Below, one piece after another: positions 43,690 through 52,920 of a stretch of 64,000 bases of DNA (the stretch's first letter is position 1; the number at the start of each line of letters is the position of its first letter). Origin of the DNA: Elusimicrobiota bacterium (lineage in GTDB: Bacteria; Elusimicrobiota; Elusimicrobia; UBA1565; UBA9628); the NCBI GenBank assembly GCA_031423795.1, contig JANPGH010000001.1:1656-65655 (forward strand), written 5' to 3'. Below the pieces are notes generated by a model. That model saw only the letters and a program-made list of their open reading frames with translations, had not been told where the DNA came from and searched no databases. A program made the position numbers and the translations under genes.

Positions 43690-45278
43690 GGGCCGTGGCG
43701 GCCGTGTTCGCCTCGGTGTTCCTTCTTTATCTCGGATGCCTCTATCCGGCGATCGCGCCGCGTGATAGCGCGGACATGGCGACCGCCGCCATGACTTTAG
43801 GAGTCGCCCACCCGCCCGGCTATCCTTTATATAGCCTGCTCGGACACGCTTGGTTGAGTGTTTTCCCTTGGGCGAACGCGGCCTATCGCTTGAACGTCCT
43901 TTCCGCCGTGGCGGGGGCTGCGGCGGTAACAGTGCTTTTCGTCTTCCTGCGTCGCCGTGCCGGAACTTTGGCTGGTGTTACGGCGGCAGCACTTTGGGCA
44001 TTGTCGGCGCCGCTGTGGAAATTCTCGCTACTGGAAGAGAAGTACGCGCTCCACGCTTTGTTTGCCGTGTCGTTGCTGGCATTGGCGGAGGGGGATCGGA
44101 AAAACGTGTTTGCCCGGGCGCGGATTTCCGGATTGCTTTTGGGACTGGGGTTGGTGAATCACCAGAGTTTATTGTTTGCGATCCCGGGACTTGCCTGGTT
44201 GTGGCGTGAAGAGGCGAAGCGAACGGATGTGTCCACACCGCGGTTGTTTACCGCGGTGGTGCCACCATTATTTTCCGGATTAGCGATGTACGCGTTCCTC
44301 TGGGTGCGATTGGGCGCCCTCGCTCCGGCCATGGAGACGGTGCTGCGGCGGCAATATGGCGCAGGGACATTGTCTACGGCACTCGCCGGCGCGTTAACGC
44401 CCGAATCTGCCGGAACATTATTTATTTACGCCTTGCGCGAATCGGCCCGAGCGGTGAGCTGGCCGGCGGCAGCCGCCGGGGTGATCGGCGCGGCTTGGGT
44501 CTGGAGCCAACGCCGCGCGCGCGTAGTTGGTTGGATGCTCGTCGCCGCGGCGGGGCCCGTATTCGTTTTGCTCTCGCGTATCGATCCTGACCAATGGGTC
44601 GCCCGTTCCGTGCTCGAGCCCGCATTCTTAATTCCCACGCTCATCCTAGCTATCTTCGCGGGCGAGGCGGTGGGAGCTTTGCGCGCGCAAAAACCGCTTC
44701 AAGCGCTGGCTGTGGCCGTGCTATTGCCCGCGGCGAGCCTGGTTTTGAGAGCGCCCCTTCCTGAGCATCGCGATGATTTTTTGGCCTACGATTTCGTCCG
44801 CGATTTGCGCCGCGCGGTACCGCCCGGCGGGGCATTGCTGAGCGCAGGCGACACTTCGTCCTTTGGCTTGCACTGGCTGAACTTGATGGCGCCCGGAGAG
44901 CCGCGCGAGATCGCCGCCGCAAAATTAATCGACAGCCGAGATTGGATATCAAAGCATGTCGGCAACGCCGACATATTCGTCAACGGTATGGGACCGGCGG
45001 ATCTCAGAAAATTAGGGCTGCCATCGACGACCACGCCGCTTTGGCCGGAAGGACTGGTCCAGCGTGTGGGGGGGAGGATGACCGCGCCCGCGCCTTCAGT
45101 GTTGCGACGCCCGCGTTCGTGGACGCGCGACGAGAGTTACGCGCGTGACGCCAAATTATCATACGCGTTCGCCTCCTGGCTGAGCGCGCGGCTATTGGAA
45201 GCGCAAGGGATGCAGCCCACGTCCTCATTTGATCTTTTCGCCCTCGCCGCCGATCCCGAGGATTATCATTGGCGCTGA
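43686..45278 (+). CDS. DUF2723-family (TMEM260-like, GT-C fold) membrane protein
   Basis: About 530 aa. ATGA overlap with tsaD. RDSADMATAAMTLGVAHPPGYPLYSLLG is typical of DUF2723. Confidence 0.7.
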   Translation: MRAVAAVFASVFLLYLGCLYPAIAPRDSADMATAAMTLGVAHPPGYPLYSLLGHAWLSVFPWANAAYRLNVLSAVAGAAAVTVLFVFLRRRAGTLAGVTAAALWALSAPLWKFSLLEEKYALHALFAVSLLALAEGDRKNVFARARISGLLLGLGLVNHQSLLFAIPGLAWLWREEAKRTDVSTPRLFTAVVPPLFSGLAMYAFLWVRLGALAPAMETVLRRQYGAGTLSTALAGALTPESAGTLFIYALRESARAVSWPAAAAGVIGAAWVWSQRRARVVGWMLVAAAGPVFVLLSRIDPDQWVARSVLEPAFLIPTLILAIFAGEAVGALRAQKPLQALAVAVLLPAASLVLRAPLPEHRDDFLAYDFVRDLRRAVPPGGALLSAGDTSSFGLHWLNLMAPGEPREIAAAKLIDSRDWISKHVGNADIFVNGMGPADLRKLGLPSTTTPLWPEGLVQRVGGRMTAPAPSVLRRPRSWTRDESYARDAKLSYAFASWLSARLLEAQGMQPTSSFDLFALAADPEDYHWR

Positions 45279-45317
45279 AATTAATAATTCACATGCTTTG
45301 TCTATAATGGGCCGATC

Positions 45318-46676
45318 ATGAGCCTGCGCGCCCTGACGTCCATTCTCGTTCTTGCGGCGACGCCGGCTTGGGCAGTATTCGATGACGCCCCTTTCGGCGC
45401 GCGGGACGCCGCAATGGGGGGAGCGTTCGTAGCTGTTCACGACGACGTGGCCGCGCTCGCTTATAATCCCGCCGCCCTCGGCCATGCTCCCTCAATCGAA
45501 GCGGAAGCTTCCTATTTGCGCGATTTTCACTTTCCCGCCGGCAGTCTCGACCGTGACATCACTCGCGGCGCGGTCGCCATTCCGGTGCGCCAAGAGATTT
45601 TTAACGGCGCGTTCGGTTTCGACGTACGCTATGACCGCCGCTCGCAAATCGCCAAGGACCGCCAAATCGGTGTCTTTTACGGAACCCGGGGACTGCTTGA
45701 AACTGAGGGTGGAGGCCTCGATTTCGGCGGCGGGCTCAAGTGCCTGCAAAGCCGAATAGAATCTGGCGGGAGTACGAAGACGAAGCCCGCGTTGGACTTG
45801 GGAACTTTGTGGCGCGTTGGAGACAAAAGGTCGCTGGGCGCCTCATTGCTTAACTTTGGCGGTGCGAAATTTAGCGGGCCGGGATATTCCGACCGAGCTC
45901 CGCTGATCCTGAAAATTGGCGCGGCTGAATCGGTGCACGGCTCGCTTCTGGCCGTCGATGCCTCGATGCGCGAGGGTTCCTCGGGACTGAGCCGTTCGGT
46001 GACACTGGCCGCCGGCTTCGAGCGTTGGTGGTCGACCGCCCGCAATGGCTCCTACGCGATTCGCAGCGGCCTGTCGCTTGGCGATTTGTCGCGTACCTGG
46101 CATTGGGGATTAGGCTGGAAGCTGGGCGGCGGCCGCGCGGACTATGCGATGACCGTCCCGCTGTCTGGCAACAAGCAGTTCGGCCACGCGCTGACGATTT
46201 CGATTCGGTTCGGTCGGTCGGATCCGGAAGCGGAATATGAGCGGCTACTCGAAGGCGAGATGAACGATCGTCACCGACTGGGAGAATCCCTGGCGGCGAG
46301 CGCCTTGCGCCAGCAGGAACTATCCGAAGAAATCGGGCGTTTGCGCGATGAGATCGCCAAATTGCACCACGCTCTCTCCGAGAAGCGCGCGTCGGCAGAC
46401 GAGGCGCGGCGCAAAATATCGGAACTTGAAGCGCGCCATAAAAAAGCCGTCGCGTCTTTCGACAAGCTGCAGGCGGAGCACGCGCGCAACGCGGCGAAAA
46501 CAAAGTCGGAGTTATTCCATGAAGAATGGGCCGCCTATCAACGCGCCAAGCTCGACGGCGCGCCCGACGCCGCCCTTCTCCAGCGCCTTCAGCGCCTGAT
46601 GACCGAGTACATGGACGCCGGCGTCGACTTGGGCGACGCCAACCAGGAATTGCGCCGTCTCCAGCAAGAGCACTGA
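45318..46676 (+). CDS. PorV-like outer-membrane barrel fused to a C-terminal coiled-coil extension
   Basis: 452 aa with a signal peptide. The N-terminal motif GARDAAMGGAFVAVHDDVAALAYNPAAL parallels the PorV-like gene at 52917. The last ~150 aa are heptad-like and Glu/Arg/Leu-rich. TATAAT lies at 45303-45308. Confidence 0.55.
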   Translation: MSLRALTSILVLAATPAWAVFDDAPFGARDAAMGGAFVAVHDDVAALAYNPAALGHAPSIEAEASYLRDFHFPAGSLDRDITRGAVAIPVRQEIFNGAFGFDVRYDRRSQIAKDRQIGVFYGTRGLLETEGGGLDFGGGLKCLQSRIESGGSTKTKPALDLGTLWRVGDKRSLGASLLNFGGAKFSGPGYSDRAPLILKIGAAESVHGSLLAVDASMREGSSGLSRSVTLAAGFERWWSTARNGSYAIRSGLSLGDLSRTWHWGLGWKLGGGRADYAMTVPLSGNKQFGHALTISIRFGRSDPEAEYERLLEGEMNDRHRLGESLAASALRQQELSEEIGRLRDEIAKLHHALSEKRASADEARRKISELEARHKKAVASFDKLQAEHARNAAKTKSELFHEEWAAYQRAKLDGAPDAALLQRLQRLMTEYMDAGVDLGDANQELRRLQQEH

Positions 46677-46817
46677 TCCGATTACGGCACTTATCCGCAA
46701 ATATTTCTCGCGATCGACCCCCGGCACTTTTAAAAGTTTTCTGTGAATAACCGCGCGGAAAATCATAAATCTCCCCCCCATTGAGGAAATGATGTTTTCC
46801 TGTTACACTGAGAGAGC

Positions 46818-47021
46818 GTGGTTCATAAAATAAGCATTATTCGACGCGGACAGTTTCCCGACTCGAGCGCGGACAACCTTGCCTACTGGCTTTCGAGACC
46901 TGCAGGCGAGCGGATTGCCGCCGTTGAAGAACTGCGTCGCAACACTTATCGCCTCGTTCACGGGTGTGTGCTCCCACAAATGTTGAGGAGCGCGAAAGTA
47001 CTTAAGCGCGGCGATGAGTAA
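46818..47021 (+). CDS. Small hypothetical protein, first gene of a two-gene cassette
   Basis: 67 aa with a GTG start. An extended -10 TGtTACACT (46801-46809) ends 8 nt upstream. The gene overlaps the next gene by 8 nt. Confidence 0.4.
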   Translation: MVHKISIIRRGQFPDSSADNLAYWLSRPAGERIAAVEELRRNTYRLVHGCVLPQMLRSAKVLKRGDE

Positions 47022-47487
47022 CGCCCCCAAGGAGCAGCAGTCCGAATTCGAGCAGCTCATCGCCGCGTTCAATTCACGCGATGTCGAGTACGCGATCATC
47101 GGGGGCTACGCGGTCGCCCATCATGGCCATGTCCGCAACACTCAGGATCTCGATATATTTGTGCGCGCGACGGCGAAAAATGCGAAACGGATTGTCCTGG
47201 CCTTGCGCGACGTGGGGTTTCGCGAATCCGAAATAACCGAAGAAGCTTTTACGCATGACAACGGCGTTCGCCTCGGCGCCGTTCCCACCCAAATCGATGT
47301 CATCGCCTATTTGCCCGGCGTCGATCAGGACGGAGTGTGGTCAAGACGGGAAAACGGCAAATTTGGCGTGGAGACAGCCTATTTCATTTCCCGCGAGGAT
47401 CTTCTCGATAATAAGCGTTTCGTCGCTCGTCCTCAGGATCTGGCTGACGCGAAGACTCTCGAATCTATCAAATCAAAGAAGACGTGA
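47014..47487 (+). CDS. Nucleotidyltransferase-fold protein (minimal NTase-like)
   Basis: 157 aa. VEYAIIGGYAVAHHGHVRNTQDLDIFV resembles the G(G/S)...D.D NTase core. Confidence 0.55.
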   Translation: MSNAPKEQQSEFEQLIAAFNSRDVEYAIIGGYAVAHHGHVRNTQDLDIFVRATAKNAKRIVLALRDVGFRESEITEEAFTHDNGVRLGAVPTQIDVIAYLPGVDQDGVWSRRENGKFGVETAYFISREDLLDNKRFVARPQDLADAKTLESIKSKKT

Positions 47488-47550
47488 TCGGGACAGGCGC
47501 TTAACAATTCTGTTAACTTATTTCCAAGCGCCGGCTTTATAATAGACGCT

Positions 47551-49395
47551 GTGTCGGATCACTCCCCCGAGGACTTAAGCCGCGAGATCGACCGCCTGTG
47601 GGCGCGGGTTGGTTCCGCGATGCCCGAGGCGACAAGCGTCGCGGCGATCTCGGCGACCACGGCGACGAGCAGCGTCGTCGGTGCTGAGGTCGCGTGGGAG
47701 ACCGTGGGACTGCTCAAGCGTCAGATGCGCCAAAGCGAAAGCTCTTGGCGCCAAACCATGGACGCTCGCGACGAGGCGATGCGCGTGTTGCGCGCGCGGC
47801 TAGAATCCGCCGAGAACGAATTGTCCGGGCTTCGCGCCCACGCCGACAACGAGGACCAGCGTATTTTGGTCGACACACTCGATGCTCGCGAAAAAGTCGA
47901 AACCGCGCAGAAAGCCCTGAATTTGGCTCAGGCGCGGTATAACGATGAGCGCCGGATTCTCGAGGAGGCTATGCAAAGCCTCAGGGAGCGCCTGGCCGCC
48001 GAAAATTCCCGCTCACGCTCGACCGAAGCGCGTTGGCAGAGCCGGGAGCAGCAGTATGTGATCGATCTTCAAGAGCTCCAAAACATTGCCGCGCGGCGCG
48101 AGAAGGAGGCGGCGCAGGCCCAAAGTGCTGCACGCGCGCTGCAAAACAATCTCGCTGAGGCCAAGAATGCGCTCGAGAAGACGCTGGCTGAGCTTTTGCT
48201 TGAGCGCAAGGAACGCGAGCGCGCTCACGGCGAGCGCGAGGCCGCGCAGAAGAACGTCGCTGAGCTGCGCACGCATGTCGACGAACTTTCGAAGATTTGG
48301 GAAGAGGAGCGCGCGCAATGGAAAGAGCTCTGGGACCGTGAGCGCGCGTCCTGGGAGTCGCGGCGCGCGGAACTTGCCAAATGGGAAGAGGATCTGCGTC
48401 GCGAGCGCGAGGCGTGGCACGCGGAGCTTAAAGTCAAAGAAGCCGCGCACCTGGCCATTACCGACGATTTGTCCGGGAAAATCCGCGAGACCGCCCAAAA
48501 CGCTGAGAAAATGACGGAATTGATCGAGACTTTCGATCGCAAAACGACCGATGACACGCACCGCGCCGCCGAAAGTTTGGTCGCGATGGCCGCTAATGAG
48601 CGGTCGCGCCAGCGTAGAGTACGGCGCTGGGCGACCTTCGTTGTGACAGTGGTCATCGCTGGTGCTGCTTTCATACCGGTTCAGCGCGCCGCGCAAACTT
48701 GGCGTTACACCGCTGAGTCCGGCACGCCGGCGCCGGTACCCAATCCGTCGGCAATGGGCTTCGACGGAGATTTGTTATGGATCGCCGATTGGGGCGGCCG
48801 GCTCGTCGGGGTTGATCCGGCCGATCCGCGCCGCGTGCTGCGCCAAGCCAATCCCGCTCCCGCCGGTCCCTACCACCCGACCGCGATCGCTGCCGGCGGT
48901 GGCCTGCTGTGGACATTAGACGCGGCACAGCCCCGCCTGTTGCGTCATTCCGCGGGCAATCCCGAAAAAATATTATCGGTGCGGCCGTCGCCGGGTGCGG
49001 CTCCAACCGCGCTGGCCTATGACGGCGAAACCGTGTGGTCCTATGACGCGGTCGATCATGCGTTGACGCGACATGGCGGCGACGATGCGCCCGCGCAGAA
49101 ATTTGCCTTCCCCGACGACGCCGTCCCCAACGCGATGGCTTGGTCGAGGGGACGCCTGTGGGTCCACGACGCGAAGGGCCACCGAATATTAGTCTATTCA
49201 GTCGACGGCGCTCGCCTGTGCCGCGTCGATATGGCTCCTGCCCCGGAAGCCGGAGCGCTCGGCATGGTCGTCGCCGACGGCGCCTCCGCCCGCGAGCGCC
49301 GCGTGCGTTTCCTGCTCGGTCCGACCGGCGCGCGCCTGGCCGCAGAAGTCGTCCGCTACCGTATTCGCCGCTGGCTACCTTTTGCCCATTATTAA
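47551..49395 (+). CDS. Bitopic protein: N-terminal coiled coil, one TM, C-terminal beta-propeller-like repeats
   Basis: 614 aa with a GTG start 7 nt after TATAAT (47538-47543). TM WATFVVTVVIAGAAFIPV. The C-terminal part has repeated G..LW..D blades. Confidence 0.6.
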   Translation: MSDHSPEDLSREIDRLWARVGSAMPEATSVAAISATTATSSVVGAEVAWETVGLLKRQMRQSESSWRQTMDARDEAMRVLRARLESAENELSGLRAHADNEDQRILVDTLDAREKVETAQKALNLAQARYNDERRILEEAMQSLRERLAAENSRSRSTEARWQSREQQYVIDLQELQNIAARREKEAAQAQSAARALQNNLAEAKNALEKTLAELLLERKERERAHGEREAAQKNVAELRTHVDELSKIWEEERAQWKELWDRERASWESRRAELAKWEEDLRREREAWHAELKVKEAAHLAITDDLSGKIRETAQNAEKMTELIETFDRKTTDDTHRAAESLVAMAANERSRQRRVRRWATFVVTVVIAGAAFIPVQRAAQTWRYTAESGTPAPVPNPSAMGFDGDLLWIADWGGRLVGVDPADPRRVLRQANPAPAGPYHPTAIAAGGGLLWTLDAAQPRLLRHSAGNPEKILSVRPSPGAAPTALAYDGETVWSYDAVDHALTRHGGDDAPAQKFAFPDDAVPNAMAWSRGRLWVHDAKGHRILVYSVDGARLCRVDMAPAPEAGALGMVVADGASARERRVRFLLGPTGARLAAEVVRYRIRRWLPFAHY

Positions 49396-49461
49396 CATTC
49401 TCTTAATCCTCCTGAAACGTACGTAGTGTATAATCCGGTTCGCACAAAAAATGACAACAAC

Positions 49462-52400
49462 ATGTTTCGCCACCACCGCAGTCTGAAGTCCGCCTTCGTC
49501 CTCGTCGCTCTCGCGATGATTTCCTCCGTTTTTGCCACCGCAGGATCCGTACAAGTGGCGGTCAATACGGCTTTCATCGTCGATAGCAGCGGACTCGGGG
49601 CGACCTGCGCCGTTACTGCGGGTAGCGGTGGAACGGCCTATTATGATTGCTTGGCTCCCGACGTCGGCGCCAATGTCCCGACGCCGCAAAATCATTTCAT
49701 CGCCAACGATCCAGAAATTCAATTTGCTGATAATGGCCTCAGTCGCTGCAACCTCGCTGGGGCAGCAGCTAATCCAAATATCCCAGGCACAATCGGCCGC
49801 AATGTCTGCAACTCACAGCTTCTTCTCTGCGCGCAGGTCAGCGTCAACCAGGATGCTGCCCCAGCGTCTTTGGCGTTGGATAAAGTCTCTTTTGAAGTTT
49901 TTCGCTACATCGATGGGTCAAATCCCCTGGATCCTGCTTCCACCCCACCCTTGCGCACCATGTTTATCGATTCCGCCGGATCCGTGTCCGGCCCCGGTTT
50001 TCTTCCTTCCTCGGGGCACGCTTATTGCGTGATGTGGGATGGATCCCAGTCAATCCAGGGTTCGTTAGGAAAAATAAATGGTCAGTACGGCTTTCGCGTG
50101 GCGGTGGAAACCAACCAGCAAGGCGCCAGCGGTCAAATCGTCATTACCGCCGTCAGGGCCTATCCTTCCGGTGGCGTGACATACGACGGTTCGGGCGGCC
50201 CGCCCTACACGGCCGTCGCGCCGAAAGCCATTACGGTCAACGTCAACGACGTTCACGTCGTACGGTCGACCCCCACCATCGTCGGCCAGATCACGGGCGT
50301 TGCGGCGGAGCCCTACAACTTTACTTATCGCCTGTCGAAAGGCGCGACCATGTACCTCAATGTCAGCCAGTCGAATCCACCCTATTCATTGATCCGAACC
50401 GTCGTTCCCGCTCTGCAGAGGACCGGCGAGGGCGACCTCGGAACTCAGAACGCGGTTCCTATCGTCAACGGTGATTCCTGGGACGGTCGCGATTCAAACG
50501 GGAATTTCATGCCCGCTGGCAACTATTTGGCGTCATTCCAGTCTAACTCGATGACGCTGTACTCGAATACTCTTGTACAGGGAGACCTGTCGGCGCCGAC
50601 CACGGTTCAAATCGGCCTTGATCCTCTGCAAATCACCGATATACGAGTCCAACCGCTGCTGGGAGGAGCGACGTCGCTCGCCGTGCTCTCCTATATGTTG
50701 ACCGAGCCGGCGACGGTCTATATAGAAGTATATTCGCCGGGAACGCAGTTCTGCAATGACTCGAACAATATAGCGGCTTTAAACGACCTGCCTACCTCCG
50801 CTATTCCGGGAGTCAATTATTTGAGCGCCAGCTCCGGCGGATGTATTCCGGGCGGAGGAGCTGTGGCACCCGTTCAGCCGTTGCGCTCGATTGTCCAGCA
50901 GCAGACATTCCGCACTCCTATCCTTTCCTATTGGGATGGTCGGGATTCCTCCGGTAATTTGGTCGGTGACGGTGATTATGTGTTCGTGATTTACGCGACA
51001 CTCCCTTCACAGCGGGGAGCCATCTTCGACGGTAACGCCGCAGATCGCAGAATTTGGACCACACAAGGAAAAATAGGGTTTATTTCCGTTTTGCGCGGAC
51101 TTGTGGGGCTGACTCAGGTGACGCCCACGACCACGGTCATCGGTTCCAGTCCGGCAATCTCCGGGCTCAATCCCTTCTCGTTCCGCTATCAACTGTCGCG
51201 CGACGCGACCGTCTCCTTGAAGATTTTCGACGCGACCGGAAGCATTCTGATAAAAACGATCGTGGATCGAGAGACACGCCCCGGTTTCTTCAATAACGTC
51301 GAGCCATGGGTTGATGGAACCGGCAATGACGGCCGCGCTCTCTCCTCGGGCACTTATCTCGTTCAGCTGACTGCCTACGACCCGGCCTTCCCTGCGAGAA
51401 TCTCGACGACTACCGCCCTTTTCCCGATCAACATGTACCGCATCACCGACGTATCGATCGTTCCACTGCTCGCGGGCGCATCAGACCAGGTTGTGCTCAG
51501 CTATCAGCTGTCGCAGCCGATGTTCGTTGCCTGGAACGTGTATCCGCCGGGTTCGATCGTGGTCAACAGCACCGGTGCGTGGCCTCCGTGCGTCGGCCAG
51601 TCCCCGCCCAGTGCCTGCACAAGCGCATCCGTCGTCAATCCAAGCGGGATACCCGTCAGTCCCGTGGTCACCTTCCACGGAATGCGCCCCGGCCGCCTGC
51701 GCATCTCCGAATTCTGGGACGGTCGGGATACAAACGGACTGTTCGTCCCAGACGGAAATTACGTTTTCACCTTGGTCGCGCAGACCACGACGACGCCGCA
51801 GTACTACACGTCCGACCATATTTTTGGAACCATCACCGTCGCGCGTGGCTCAATCATCTTCCTGAACTTCAGCGTGACTCCCGACGTTCCCGTCCTTTTC
51901 AACTCGAGCAACACGATCACGCTGCATCCTTACACGATCAGCTACACGCTTTCGCGCCAATCCTCGGTCACCATTCAAATTTTGAACACGACCCTTCCCG
52001 CGGCCGTCGTGCGCACACTGGTATCGGGCTCGGTGCGCGAGGGATCGATCCTGCAAACCGATATTTGGGATGGCCGCGACGATAGGGGTAATTTCTTGCC
52101 CGCAGGCTTCTACCTGGTGCGGGCGGTGGCCTCCGACGTGGCGTCAGCGCTGACTTCAGGGACGACGGCGCAGGCAGCCATCTCCTACGATCCACTGCGC
52201 ATTTACGATCTTGCGGTGACGCCGATCACCTTTGGAGGTGGTGGCGCGATAATCGCGTATCAAGTCTCCGAGTCGATGAAGGTATCGATCAAAATCTACA
52301 AACCAGGGACCACCTTCGACTCGGCGGGAACGCCATCTCAACCCGACTCCGTATCCTTGGTTCGCCGCATCGTCGGAATTCGGCCGGGCCGCACGCTGAT

Positions 52401-52920
52401 CCAGGACGTATGGGACGGCCGCGACTTCCGAATGGCCCTGGTTCCGGACGGCGTTTATCGCTTCAAGATCGTCGGCTCGACCGATCCGACCGCCATCGAC
52501 AGCATTACCGGCAATATTTTAAATCCGGCGGTGTTGGCCACAGACCGCCCCATCGACGATATCCCCGTCGCAACCGACGGTGCGGCTGGGGATGCCGGCA
52601 CAAATTTTGATCACGATACTTTCGTCTATCCCAATCCAGTCACCGGGAATTCGGCGGTCGTCAAGATTTTCATGCCGTATACCGGCCGAGCGATTTTCAA
52701 TCTTTACACCATCGCCGGACAATTGGTTTACAGCCGAACTATGGAGGGCATGTCCGCCAATCACCTCTGTTCAGGAGACTGCAATTCGTTCACCTGGAAC
52801 AAGGTCAACGCCAGCGGACGCACCCTTGCTCGTGGTTTGTATTACGCCGTCATCCGTGTCGAGGAAACTCAAGGCAGCGGGACCGTTTATCAAACGGTTA
52901 AGAAGGTGTTGATCCCGTGA
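49462..52920 (+). CDS. Large surface protein: about 7 FlgD-Ig-like repeats plus a T9SS type A C-terminal sorting domain
   Basis: About 1152 aa from ATG 49462, with a signal peptide. The recurrent motif is WDGRD..G..(V/M)P.G.Y. The C-terminal VYPNPVTGNSAVVKI...LYTIAGQLV...GLYYAVIRV...KKVLIP fits the Por_Secre_tail pattern. Confidence 0.8.
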   Translation: MFRHHRSLKSAFVLVALAMISSVFATAGSVQVAVNTAFIVDSSGLGATCAVTAGSGGTAYYDCLAPDVGANVPTPQNHFIANDPEIQFADNGLSRCNLAGAAANPNIPGTIGRNVCNSQLLLCAQVSVNQDAAPASLALDKVSFEVFRYIDGSNPLDPASTPPLRTMFIDSAGSVSGPGFLPSSGHAYCVMWDGSQSIQGSLGKINGQYGFRVAVETNQQGASGQIVITAVRAYPSGGVTYDGSGGPPYTAVAPKAITVNVNDVHVVRSTPTIVGQITGVAAEPYNFTYRLSKGATMYLNVSQSNPPYSLIRTVVPALQRTGEGDLGTQNAVPIVNGDSWDGRDSNGNFMPAGNYLASFQSNSMTLYSNTLVQGDLSAPTTVQIGLDPLQITDIRVQPLLGGATSLAVLSYMLTEPATVYIEVYSPGTQFCNDSNNIAALNDLPTSAIPGVNYLSASSGGCIPGGGAVAPVQPLRSIVQQQTFRTPILSYWDGRDSSGNLVGDGDYVFVIYATLPSQRGAIFDGNAADRRIWTTQGKIGFISVLRGLVGLTQVTPTTTVIGSSPAISGLNPFSFRYQLSRDATVSLKIFDATGSILIKTIVDRETRPGFFNNVEPWVDGTGNDGRALSSGTYLVQLTAYDPAFPARISTTTALFPINMYRITDVSIVPLLAGASDQVVLSYQLSQPMFVAWNVYPPGSIVVNSTGAWPPCVGQSPPSACTSASVVNPSGIPVSPVVTFHGMRPGRLRISEFWDGRDTNGLFVPDGNYVFTLVAQTTTTPQYYTSDHIFGTITVARGSIIFLNFSVTPDVPVLFNSSNTITLHPYTISYTLSRQSSVTIQILNTTLPAAVVRTLVSGSVREGSILQTDIWDGRDDRGNFLPAGFYLVRAVASDVASALTSGTTAQAAISYDPLRIYDLAVTPITFGGGGAIIAYQVSESMKVSIKIYKPGTTFDSAGTPSQPDSVSLVRRIVGIRPGRTLIQDVWDGRDFRMALVPDGVYRFKIVGSTDPTAIDSITGNILNPAVLATDRPIDDIPVATDGAAGDAGTNFDHDTFVYPNPVTGNSAVVKIFMPYTGRAIFNLYTIAGQLVYSRTMEGMSANHLCSGDCNSFTWNKVNASGRTLARGLYYAVIRVEETQGSGTVYQTVKKVLIP

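Noticed and set aside
49426-49461. GTG 49426 as the start of the FlgD-Ig protein, and TATAAT at 49429-49434 as its promoter
   Set aside because: The signal peptide begins at ATG 49462. The TATAAT is 27 nt from that ATG, which does not fit the leaderless geometry, and I found no good -35 box. I left it unannotated.
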